A stretch of DNA of 57,401 nucleotides, the filler included, from Sphacelaria rigidula (Eukaryota), in NCBI GenBank assembly GCA_964200075.2. It is 5 parts of 5 records of this genome, joined end to end, with 100 filler letters (N's around TTAATTAATTAA, not from the genome) between each part and the next. Parts side by side here need not be neighbours in the genome. Positions count along the whole stretch, not along the records: positions 1 to 11,401 come from CAXNAA020004960.1; positions 11,502 to 22,901 come from CAXNAA020004961.1; 3 more parts are not named here. The stretch is one strand, 5' to 3'. The notes beneath the pieces are model-generated. The model was not told the DNA's origin. It did not search any database and saw only the letters and a program-made list of their open reading frames with translations. A program made the position numbers and the translations under genes. This document shows, piece after piece, positions 1-11,671 of this stretch (positions are counted from its first letter, which is position 1; each line of letters opens with the position of its first letter).

Positions 1-978
1 GTGCCGGTGCACTTTTTTGGGGGGGGCTATCTCGGCATTAGCCCTCCCCTTGTGGTTCATTGCGACAACCTTTGCCACTGCCGCGGACGCCTGTGTAAGC
101 TTTACCTCCGCGCCTGCCGCATGCTCTGCGTGTTTCTTCATCGCTGCGGCCAACGGCAGCGGTGTTATCGTATGCTTTCCATGGAACCGCCTCGCGAAGA
201 CGCGTTGTAAGGGTGTTGGTACTAATTGCGACATCGAAACCACCTGATGCCTCCCCGCACCCCCTGCATTCGCATGCTCCACCCTCCGTTTGTATTCCAT
301 ATATTTCGTGTAAAACAATCTAGAGGCAATACAAACTCCCGTAACTGGGCGGCCGCAACTCTTCCCTTAGAACGACTGGGGTTACGGTTGTTTCCGCTGG
401 CTCTATGACCGGGAACTCCGTGGTCGACATTCTTGAGCGGAAAATCGAAGACTTCTGGAATCCTCTCGAACTTCAGATCACACCTGCTGTCTTCGCCGCT
501 CCAATACAGCCCTGGGGTCGTATAAACACCCGCTGTACGCAGCTTCAGCAAGTCTCCAGTCTGGATCAATCACGGGCCAGCCGCCTTTGCAGCTGCCTCA
601 ATTTGAAGCCTCTTCACGCGTCCGTGAAGCCCTGTGCTCCGAAGCTAATCACAAGTTTCCCAGACTCTCCCGGCTAAAATGTTTAGCAGTCTCAAACGAT
701 AGCATCTACTAGCACGTCAGCACTAGCACTAATATCGATATGGGGCGCTAGCAGGTTTGCTAGTACTGCAGCGTCTTAATGCTGTTGAGGGACTCCTCGG
801 CTCTTCTGGCCTCAAGGTTCGCACTTGTCAGCGTTTACAACACCTTATCTTTATCTCGGAGTGAAACACCCGCAGCCCTGCACCATCTGGCCTGGGCTAC
901 ACAGCAAGGGTCATCACCCACAGGATGCCCTTGTCCCCTAGTCATCATCCAGGATCCACTATATACTCAACCGTGACG
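1..978 (-). mobile_element. 5' part (LTR-like segment, leader, start of gag) of a decayed Ty3/gypsy-like element, cut by the window edge
   Basis: Minus strand starts CGTCACGG (TGTCAC-like) at ~978. The leader GGGGACA..GG.ATCC..TGATGACC..CTGTGT.GCCC..CACTCCG.GATAA resembles 50292-50385 upstream of the gypsy gag in piece 5. A minus frame near 1-200 reads ..AAVAKVVAMNHKGRANAEIAPPKK, similar to that gag start (..PLEPPKY). Confidence 0.5.
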
Positions 979-999
979 GCGTGATTTCGCCCCAGCCCA

Positions 1000-3420
1000 C
1001 AGATTCTTGCTAGTTGGGATATTCTGGTTCGGGTACATCTCCTATACCTGAATTTTGGCTGCAAGGTCGGCCGACTCTGTGATGCCAATTGCCCGTTCCG
1101 CTACGCCGTTGAACTGTGGGGAGTCAGCAGTTGTTTTATCTTGCTTTACTTTCTCTTCATCACAAAGCTCCTCGAACACCCCCTCCGAAAATTCACCTCC
1201 ACCGTCACTGCGGACCTTCTCGATTTTTCGCGGGCGGATTTCTGCGATGTATTTACTAACGTACTGTACGGCCTCGTCCTTTGTGTGCAGAAAAACGCAA
1301 GTTGCGTGGTCTACAGTTTTCGGATGCAAGACTACATCACGCCCGTCAGATCGTAAAGGTAGAATCAAATGTTCTCTTCTCACGATCGGGTAGGTACCAC
1401 CGCCCGCACACCGTAGTACCCTACCACTGCATTTTCTATATTCCGTCATCTTACTCGAATCAGAAGAAAAGTGCGAAGTAGCCCCCGTGTCAAGTACGCA
1501 CGGTTCGCCCCCATCTGACTGCTCTATATTCCTCTTCCCAGTTGCAAACGCATACTCGCCGGTGTTGACCTCATCTACCGTCATGCCGATGCTGGTGAAA
1601 GCTCCTGTATCAGCATCCGAACACACGGAGTCGTCGTCCACCAGGTCTTCCACCACGCCCATCACGATCGCCGCGTCTTCCAAAGTGCTCTGACAGTCGA
1701 TCAAATGGTGTCCTCTCTTCCAGCACTTGGCGCAACACCTGTCTGGATAGTCTCTCGCCCGATGTGTGGGCATCTTCTGGCAAACGTGGCACCTCCACGG
1801 CGCCGGAGTCCTCGACTGGCTCGTTGATGATGAAGCCAGCGACTGGCTGTCTTTGCCCTGCCCCCCATCACCTACGCGGCCTGGGTTCTGGGTCTTTCCC
1901 GGTTTACCCTTCCGGTGTGGACCGTTAGGTTTGCCGGGATGGCCCTTCACCGCAAGGGCCTGGTCGCTCGGGGAAGCCTTCTTCCCCTTGGCGAGTTCCT
2001 GCTTGAAAAGTGCCGATTCGAAATGTTTTCGAACCGACGTTACTGCGACTTCCCTCGTGAGCGGTCCCTCGCGCTCTTCCAGCGCCTGTTTTGGTAGGTA
2101 TACCCGCAAGAAAGCGCATTGACAAGTTTAAGGAGAGTTTGCGCCTCCGTCAGGATGATGTTGGTGTGGTGTGATTTGTAACTCTCTCGCCACCTCTTCC
2201 ATCTCGAATACGTTGTGAACGGGATCATCGCGAACTCCAATCTTCACGTGATCATGTTTGTCTAGAAGAAGAACTAATCTAGCTCCGTTGGTCTTGGGGC
2301 TGTAGAAATCGTTCAATTCACGCCATACAGCTGCAGCAGACGGAATTCGGAACAGAATATCCCGGTCCCGCTTGTGTCCGAGACTCGCCACCAACGAGTG
2401 CGTCACTCTCACGTTTGCAGCTACAGTGCCCTTTCCGTGCCTTGCTTCAAGATAACTTGAGGATAACGCTTTGTTTCCCACCTCCACATCGTATGCCCCA
2501 TCTTCCGACATAGCAAAACCCAATCAACTGCTTCGCTCCTGGCAAACATGATTAGTTCGCGACTGTAGTGGTTGAACTCTGAACTTTCCCCCGAGAACTT
2601 AGGTACAGTTGCCTTGAAAACTGGAATCCCAGAAATATCTCGGACACTTGGTCGATCGTAACCGAACACTGCGCTCCTAGCAAACATGACTGGTTCGTGA
2701 CTGTAGTGGTTGAATTCTGAACTCTTCCCAGAGAACTTATGTACAGTTGTCTCGAAATTTTTAACCCAATAAATAGTTTTGACACTTGGTCGATCGTGAC
2801 CGAACACTGCGATAGACTCACTTGCGAGGTCTGCACCCCTTGCTCCGTCGCTTGCTGTCCTGTGGTCGCTCCCGCTCGGAGCTCCCTGCTCACCCTCGCG
2901 ACTTCGTCTTCGGCCTTGAGGTGTGCTGTGGTTGACGAGCTGTCAGCCTGGTGTTGTTGTGTTGCTTGGTCTTCTTCGCTTTCGACGACGCCAATCCACC
3001 TCGCGCCTCCGCACTCTCGATCTTCGATGCCATCTACTCTACCCTGTATTACAATTTGTGTAGATTGTACATCTCTGACCATCTCGGTCAGTGTGCTAAA
3101 CTGACCACTGAACAGACTCATCATTTTTCAAGTTGATTCCTCAGTCCGTCTAACATTTCTTCTGAAGACGGAGCGTTGCCATCGTTCCTAGCCATACTTC
3201 CCCAATCGATTGATCACTAGTGTATTCCTTGGCTCAGGCACAGGGTAATGGTTCTAAATCTTTCATTGAAGAGCACCCAAGCTCTACTGTAGCTTGAGAG
3301 AGTGCTGATGAGGTGGAGGGTAGCTGAAAGAGAGTAAGCTCGAGGGGCAGGCTGCTCCTGCACCCTCAGCTGAACTGTACCACATTTGCACACACTTGAC
3401 TGTCGATACTCGTACGTCAC
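1000..3420 (-). mobile_element. Decayed Ty1/copia retrotransposon (gag, zinc knuckles, protease, partial integrase); RT/RNase H absent
   Basis: ORF 1042-2109 has CHVCQKMPTH / CAKCWKRGHHLIDC knuckles, protease CVLDTGATSHF and integrase core KVRSDGGGEF..TTADSPQFNGVAERA. Frameshifted gag pieces lie at 2128-3124 (VWRELNDFYSPKTNGARL; VPKFSGESSEF). Protease-then-integrase order indicates copia. Confidence 0.88.
2545..2812. repeat. Tandem duplication of ~137 bp inside the copia gag
   Basis: GACACTTGGTCGATCGT.ACCGAACACTGCG occurs at ~2643 and ~2781. CTGTAGTGGTTGAA.TCTGAACT occurs at ~2563 and ~2701. Confidence 0.8.
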
Positions 3421-3429
3421 CCCGATTCC

Positions 3430-5950
3430 CGGTTCTACGGAGATCCAGCATTACTGGGTATTTGAATCACTTGAACACACCAGCCGATTGATTACTACAC
3501 GTCAACCTACCCTCACCATCACCCACAATATCCTCCTCAAAACACCTACCAATCTCCTCTGCCAACCGCCTACTACCCTCAACACTACCAGCAACCCTCG
3601 TTCCAATACTACCAACCGAGCCAGCAGCAGCTACACCCTCATTACTATCCTTCTCAATAGTACACCGCACACCAAGAACACTGACAAGCTGCAGGCCCCC
3701 CTCCGACGTCAGCGTCTCTTGCCGATGCGTCACAACAGCCGGGACATCTGCACTTGTTTATGGCGCAATGCATGCCCGAAGGCGAGTCTCGCTTTCGGTT
3801 TGGTACCCTTGATTTGCGTAGGTATAGTGTGCTACGTAGTGGGACTGCATCGAGTAGGGGTGGTAGTGTGGAGAAACGTATTGCGGATACGGGTGCTACA
3901 CACCACAAAAAAGGGAATGTGGATGCCGTTTTTTATTTATGATCCCCTCCTCAAGGCATCGAGAACGTCACGATAGGTGAAGTGACCACATTTCCAGTCA
4001 AGGCAGTAGGTAGTCTGAATTTAAGATTCCACATGGGATCTTCAGATCTTCCTTCTTCCCCCACAGACTTTCATGTACATTTGATCGATGTCTACGTCGT
4101 AAAAAGTGTCAAGCTTAATATTTTCTCCCTTCATCACGTCCAGGAGCGACACGATATCATTCTCAATTCGACGGGGATACATATAGTCAATGGCAGATTA
4201 CATTTCGGCCGTACATCGCGATTTTCATCACAGTTGGTCACGCGTCTCCCGCCAACATATGGCCGTATTACAGCGCCTACAGCCTCAAACCCTTTGTTCC
4301 CCCATGGTGCAAAGGATTCTTCTATATCTTACAGCGTATTCGTGAGATTGAGAGTAGAGCGCTGATTGCGAGTGATGTTGATGATTCGCTTCAACTCAGG
4401 CACTTTTTAATTCCGTGTGTGCTTTTCTTTGCCTGTATCACTTGCGTGTGCTTACAGTTACACGTCGATATCCTACTCAGGGATATCAAGGGCCTCAGGA
4501 GCCAGCTATTTCAGAAAGCATATTGGACCTCGTGGGGGGGCTTTTCGGAACTGAAACGATTCATTCACTAATTGACCGCTTTTCACTCTCAATCGTATCC
4601 TCTACTCTCATTCTCACGAAAACATTGTTATCTGTAGAGCTTCGTTCTTCACCTGACTCGCTCGCATCGAGTAGCGGAACTCATTTTCCCCTTACTACCA
4701 TAGAGTCTCGTCCCTCAACGAGCGAAATCGGTATCGGATCACCCAGTAGCGGAGTTGATTCGTGTGCTACGGTAGAGTCTTCACCGACAAATGCCCGGCC
4801 TGTTTTCGATTAGTCTGATTACCGGCGTTCTACTGTAAAATATTTACTGGGGCAAGATGCGTCTACGGCTCCTGTAGCGTCTCGTTCCCGTACAAAGGAA
4901 GTTGATTTTTGTGTGGAGCCCCCGAATGAGAAAAGAGGCATTCCATACTGCCCCCCCAGAGTTGGTTCACGCCATATTTCCGCTGAAGGCGTTGTGTCTT
5001 CCCCCCTCGGTGTCCCTGTCCAGCCCGCTTCCGCTACAAGCGCTATGCCTGACCCCTCAGGTGTTGGTATCCAGTCCGCTTCCCCCGCATGCGGTGTACG
5101 TTTTGTTCGACCTGTTCCGCGTATGCAGCTTCTGCCCCCACTATCGATGCCGCTCGCCGGAAGGGGGGGTAATGAAGCTAGTACCGTCGCCGACCCGTCG
5201 GTGTCTCCGTCGCCGATTATTCACGCGGTGAAACTCGAGCCGCTACCAACGCCCCCGTTGCCAACACGTAATGCGATGGACCCACATATTCTTACTACTG
5301 CTGCGCTGACGCTACCGCCATTTTGATCCACCGCCGCGCTGCAATACCCACATGTTTCCACTACTGCTGCGCCGTCGCCAACATCCGCCGCCGCGCCGCA
5401 ACATCCACATATTCCTACTGCTGATGCGCTGCCGCTGCCACCATTTCTTTCCGCCGCCGCGCCGCAATACCCATATATTTCCACTACTGCTGCGCCGTCG
5501 CCACCAATATCTGCCACCACGCCGCAACGTCCACATATTCCTACTACTGCTGTGCTACCACGACCACCATTTCTCTCCACCGCTGCGCCGCACTACCCAC
5601 ACATTTCCACTACAGCTGCGCTGCCGCTATCATCACTTCCACTCTCATGTGTCCCCACCACTGCTACGCCATCGCTACTATTATTTCCCACTGCATCATC
5701 GCAGCCATCGCCAACAAATCCGACGAATTCATCGGTATCGCCGCCGAAAACATCACTGCCGCTACCACCGACTCAGTCGGCAACACCCTTTCATGCGTGG
5801 CGTCGTTGGTGTCGACGGAATGGAGCAGGGGGGCGGTCCCGGTGAGATGGAGCAGGGGAGCGATGCCGGTCCAATTGAGCAGGGGGCACGTGAGCAAGGA
5901 ACGATGCAGAGGCCGAATATATGCCACCGGCTCTCGAATCCTCAACTGAG
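3430..5950 (+). mobile_element. Second, more decayed Ty1/copia fragment (protease and pre-integrase region, low-complexity linker)
   Basis: 3754-3942 RIADTGATHH is the copia protease motif. 3982-4365 reads FPVKAVGSLNLRFH..LIDVYVV..LNIFSLHHVQ. Frameshifts and stops are present. The 3' extent is uncertain. Confidence 0.65.
5281..5645. repeat. Minisatellite of alternating ~66 and ~57-60 bp units (six units), Pro/Ala/Thr-rich when translated
   Basis: CC(C)ACATATT(T/C)C(C)ACTACTGCTGCGC recurs at ~5281, 5347, 5404, 5470, 5530 and 5596. Confidence 0.85.
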
Positions 5951-6085
5951 GGATCCAGCCGTAATTTATCGCACAACCGACGACCCCGCAATGACCGCGA
6001 CCCCCCGTCCCGCTTTGATGCTGTGATTATTCGCTCTCTCCAACAATGACTGACAGATCTCGAGCGAGAACTGGCCAAGTCAAGA

Positions 6086-7620
6086 ATGGAAAGCAAGGGA
6101 GTAACCACCGCCGCTGCTGCCAAGGCCACTTTGGAAAGCAAGGGAGTTACCGCCACTGCTGCTGCCGCCACCACTGCCGCTGCCGTCGCTGCTGCCATGG
6201 ACGCTGCGCCTCCCGCCACGACGGCTACAGTCATGGCTTCCTCAACCGTTGCCGCCCCGTCTACCGTCGATAGTGACCCAACCACCGGTCCTGTTACGGA
6301 TACCCCCATGCCCCCGCTCCCGTCTGTCGAGGATCTCCCTCCGCTCGGCGACGAGCACTGCCGAACTGGCCTCCTCTTGAGGCTGTTCAGGAACCGCCCC
6401 CGCGCGGAACAGTTAATGCTCATCGAGGATTACGCCTCACAAGCGCCGGCGCTTGCCAAGGACATCATGGAGCAAAAACGGGAGGCTGACGCCGCTGCTG
6501 CACGCCCCTGGCGGAGGAACGTGCTGGCATGCAAAGCGACCTTCAGCGACAGGCTTCACGCGCTCAAATTACGAATTCCGCTGCTCAACGCGCCCTGCAG
6601 GAGGGTCACACTGCTGCCATGGCGGCCCAGAGACGAGTGCGGGACCTCAAGGATCATGTCCGATGGATCGCCCACGAAGCGGCCACGTCGGTTGCCCGCA
6701 TGACAAACCATTAGGCCTCTTAGCCGTCCGCCGGCAACCCGCTCCGTGGTTGCCCTTTTCACCAGCCTTCAACTCACAAGGCCCAGCCCAAGACCGGTAC
6801 GTCGACTTACGCTATTCCACGTAAGTCCGACCAACCATCGTATGCTGCGGCCGCTGCCGCCCCCAAGACGGTCCCAACACCCCCGCTTCGAGCAGCTAGA
6901 TCGGCGGCCAATGCCGGCCCGACAAGAGGCCTGCAATTTACGCCCCACGAACGAACGTGGCTTTCTCGTTCCGCGGCCGATTATACCGGCCTGTTCCTCC
7001 GGAACAATCACCTACACTGCTCCCGCCAAGCTCGGAACTTGGTGTCGCAATGCCTTGACCCCGTTATTGGTCATTACGTGGACCAGGGGAGATTCTTTCC
7101 CGACAGCGGCGTACCGTCCCTCACCCTGGGCCAACTTGCTTTGCACATGAACATCGGCAACAGCCCTGATCACCAGAATTACGTCGAAACTGTCAGCGAT
7201 TGTTTTGCGGCGTTACGGGCCGCTTACCCCTCTGATCCCGGCGCCACCAGGGTGATGATAGTTAGACTCCCACGAGTGCCAACTGCAGAGGCAAGAACAA
7301 GAACCGCCGATAGGATGACGACGACAACGATGGACGAGGTCCACGCCGCCGCCATGTGGACGGAGGATCCTCCTCGGGCGGTTCCGGACCGAACCGGCCG
7401 GTCCGCAATAATCGCGGCCCGACCGGGAAGAAAACAGGAGGCAATTCTTCCGGATCTTCTGCGCCAAGTTGGAACCGGTCTACCACAGACCTGCCCCCCT
7501 CGGGTTTGGCGACACCCAGGCAAGTGATTCCGAAGTTGGTCGATGTTTCGGGTCGCATTTTGGGTTTATCTGATTCGGACACACCAGCATGTACAGCATT
7601 ATCATTGCGTGAATGACGGC
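6086..7620 (+). pseudogene. Frameshifted ORF, possibly gag-like, of an unclassified retroelement
   Basis: An Ala/Thr-rich N-terminus is followed by a helical segment (EQLMLIEDYASQAPALAKDIMEQKRE), then 7039-7250 (HYVDQGRFFP..YVETVSDCFAALRAAYP) and a Gly/Arg-rich tail. No diagnostic motif was recognised. Confidence 0.35.
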
Positions 7621-10600
7621 GGCGGGACGGAGGCGGAGCAGGAGGGGTCGACGACACAGATCATGCGGCCATGAGCGACATTCTTCGGGCGTGTGAAAAG
7701 CGCGATGAATTCAAGCTGTGCTGAGGGTTGTCCTTCGAACTGCCAGCACGGGTGACGTGGTCGTGACCAACTGTCGGTGTGCGTCGCCGTTCAGGAGCGC
7801 GAGCAAGACTTTGGTTTGAAGTGGAACAGAGGCTGGACTCGTGTTCGTTGAATTTCTCATGAGAGACGAGCGGAGAACGCGATGTCGCCGATCGCGGCGC
7901 CAAATGTACGGGTTTGGGCGAGGCAGGTGCAGAGTCATCGTTGAATTGCACGTAAGCAGAAGCCGATTAGAGCTGAGACTGGCAAAAAACCGTGAATGCC
8001 TCGATTAGAGCTGAGACTCGCGTGTGCGCCGACGCCGATGAAGGGCAATGCAAATTCTGCAGGGCAGAAAGCATGGCCGCGATTGCTGGTTCGACATTGG
8101 ACTGCGAAGCAAAGCGCATTAGACTACCGATAGCCGTGCGATTGGGGTCCGTAACGGAAGCAACCCGTGTGACAAAATCTCTTGCTCCAGAAGCGATACG
8201 CTTCGTCGGGACTGCGTCGTCTCGAGAGTGGTCAACCGTCGTTCGACGGGGTGCCACGGTTGAAGCAACCGCTACAGAGCCATACTGGACACGTGTGTCC
8301 AGGGACAACGACTCGGCTGGGGGCCCAATCCTGTCTTCGGATTCCACATTGGGATTCGGAAGAACAGGCCGCAGCGAGGGGGATGCTACGCAATCCACCG
8401 TTCTGGATTCACTGACATGCCTGTCAGGAGCCAATGACTCGGCCGGTGGCACTATCCTGTTCCCTGATCCCGAATCGATACTGGAGAGAATAGGGCGCGG
8501 CGTCATAGTCTTTTCTTTAAGCCCCGAAGAACGAGCACCGCTCGAAGGTTGGTCTACAGATCCCGAAGATCGAACAGCGCTCGCGTTCGTGCGTCGAGCA
8601 ATCAAAGGTGACCTGATACTCGTATCAAAAGGTTTCGAACCGCCAGTGGTTTGGCTCCGTGTCCGGCAAAGCGGTTGGTTTCCCTATTGAGGGGAAAAGG
8701 CGGCGTTATTTCTGTGCTACACGATAGTCGTACGCAACTTGTGTGCTTAGCAAACGTGGGAGCAGTGAGTTGTCGTCGGGCTCAAGTCAAAGGAGCGTGA
8801 CGCCAAGAAACGCTAGGTGCAACGGCCGAAGCTTATATCCAGAACTACGGGATAATGAAGCGTAATAGCGCCTGGAGGGACCTTCGTTGGGGGCCTGATG
8901 AACTCGAGTATTGTAAGTCAAGCTAAGTGCTCTACGTAACAACAATGTCGGAGGTCTGGTCTAATACAACTATCCCAGTCGAGTCGGTGATAGCTAGCAA
9001 CGGGAGCTCGTGATCGCGCACAGAACAGACGTACGGCGTCGAAAAATGCACAAATCCACTTGGCTGTATTAGCGCTTGGTAACTGAACGTAGTACAACTT
9101 ACACGTGCTCAGGTGGCGGCGTCAAGGGCAGGCTACAACTGTATTATCCCGTGACAAGCTGAGAAACGACTGGCGGTGTTCAGAAAACAATTTAGTTGAG
9201 TACAGAAGGGTCGTGTGGCGTAGGGAAGCACAAAAGCTTCTACAAAGCTTGGAGTGGAGACCGTAAGATCGGGCTGCGTAGTGCAGCACAAAAGCTTGTT
9301 ACACAATGGAGTTGTTGCAATGTACGTATATGAAACAAAGTTGAAGTAGTGCGCAGCAAGGGCAACGCTGAGGGCGTGTTCCGAAAAAGAGGTACACAGA
9401 TAAGGGGCACTGGTTTTGAGTGCCGTGTGCTCCAAGTGAGCACGTAACGTAAGTCTGGGATGTAACAGGCGCGTATTGTCGCGACGGAACGGTCTCGGAA
9501 CAAATTATTATTCCTTTGGCCGAGAAGGGGTCAATGAGAGAATTTCACTGTCGGTTGAGCTGTGTATTGTTGATTACCACGGTGATGTAGAGCGCCGCTC
9601 TGCAGATGTGCGAAGTACACTAGAAGAGAACAACAACAACAAACTAGCTACGAGTGACGTATATCGCGACGCAGCGAAAGTGCCAGAACGGGTACAAATC
9701 TCGTGTACAGATGTCCGTGGTCACCTGTTGGGGAAGCACGGGCTGTATTACCCAACGACCCGTGAACAAAAGATGCAGCAGCCGTGTACAATCGATACTG
9801 AAATGTGAAAGCCGCAGATGGCTGGCTTAGCCGAGGCTCAAGTCAGAAACAGCAGGTGGCGATGAGCAACGATACACCCTGGGCAGCGTTGTTCTGTAAC
9901 GGACCTGTAGTAGACAAGTTGTCCTGTCAGAACAGAGGGGGCACCAAAACCAAATACGCGAGCCAATGATGGCTGGGCGTGTGACCGTGCTGTACTGAAC
10001 GACCAGGGAAGGTTGCGTTGTGCAGGCAGCACGTACCACAGTGCAACGTGCAGATGTCTATGTCAATAAAATACACAAAACATAGCAAAGCGGAGCTGGC
10101 GTGCGATGCGCGTTGACCCAGCGTGGCACAAGGTGTGCAGTCAAGCGCTGCAGAAAGCAGAAAGCAGCAAGAGTCGCGAGTCGCGAGTACTATCACGGTG
10201 TATACACACAGGGGAAACGTTTTCGCAGTAAGTAAGAACTGACTGTCAAGCTGTGTAAAACAATGTTTTCGTGAGATTGAGAATCTACGATACGATTGAG
10301 AGCAGGTATATCATGGCTTTCAGCGGGCGGGTGTGTTTGCATCATTACTGGACAAAACGCTTACCTCGCACATTGGTGGCAAATTCTGCCGGCAAACCTA
10401 ACAATGTTTCCGTGAAATCGAGCGTTGAAAGTACGATTGAGAGTGAGGTTATATTCATAGCATGTCTCGCTGCGCCGGTTCCGATAAGGAGACGAGAAGT
10501 TTACATGTGTAGCATGTTGTGGAACATTCCTGCCACCCGTTGCCTGAATGGAATGGCAGAATAATGTGTCAAAATGTTGCGCGCTGGTCCACAGGTCGCA

Positions 10601-11401
10601 TTTGCGGAAAAAAGCACCGTCCAACATGTCTCCAAAGTAGTGTGAGTCGTGCGGTTCGAGTCAAAGATACGATTTAGCCAGGTTGTGCCCGAATTCATTC
10701 GCAAATGCAGTTGATGCCACCATTCGTCGTGTGGACTTGGGACTCGTGGATATCTTGAAATCACTTTTCTGTTCAACAAGTTCGCCGCAGTTTCCATCGT
10801 TGTTTTTGAGAGCGCAAGTCATCGCGTGTGATATGACTGCTGATATCCCGCCTTCTCGTGCCGAGAAAAGTCGTAAAACGTGGTGGGACCCTGGATTCTG
10901 TTCCATGATCTCACCCTCGATGGCAGCGGAACATAACAAATTCTCTTGCACGAAGCCAATGGAGCGCATCCCGTCTATGAGCTGCAGCAAATCGATTTTG
11001 CCAGGGACTCTCGCCAAGCGCATCGGATTTCCGAAAATGCACTCGAAACATGTGCCGACGGACCCATCAAGAACAGCTGATAACCCATCAACACAGGAAA
11101 ACAAATACTACCCCATCAGCAAAATTGGCTGCAAAACACCGGGAGCACTTGGAACTGGCTGACCAAAAACAAAACGTCATGCTGTGCTGAACAGCCATCA
11201 ACGGTACAACGAACACCGGACGCTGGGTCTCGGTAGACTCCAAGACCGCCGCTCCTGCTCCACCTCTACCCCATCCGTGGTCTCCTCCTTGAGGGACAGT
11301 ACGTGGCCTACACAAATCGCTGACTCTGCGCAATTTGATGTCACGCCGAGCGTCGACACTTGAAAGGGATGCGTCTTGCACGTCTTCTGCATAATCCTGC
11401 G

Positions 11402-11501
11402 NNNNNNNNNNNNNNNNNNNNNNNNNNNNNNNNNNNNNNNNNNNNTTAATTAATTAANNNNNNNNNNNNNNNNNNNNNNNNNNNNNNNNNNNNNNNNNNN
11501 N
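11402..11501. other. Artificial 100-nt spacer (N44-TTAATTAATTAA-N44)
   Basis: Directly visible; the core has stops in all six frames. Confidence 0.98.
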
Positions 11502-11671
11502 GACTCGAAATTTCGAGCAACAAATGGCCCAAAATACCCCCCCCCCTATCGTAGGATGACTCAGAGGTTCCACCAGGTCGACAGCTACTCGACAGCAAGA
11601 ACTACCACACCACAACAGCACAGAAACCAAGGAATCCGGGCATACATCAAGACGGAGTTGTTCAATCATAC

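Noticed and set aside
10260..11401. Possible decayed transposase (VDATIRR..)
   Set aside because: Several frames are partly open but no convincing catalytic motif was found, so it is left unannotated.
11446..11457. TTAATTAATTAA as a biological motif
   Set aside because: It is the centre of the artificial spacer, repeated identically four times.
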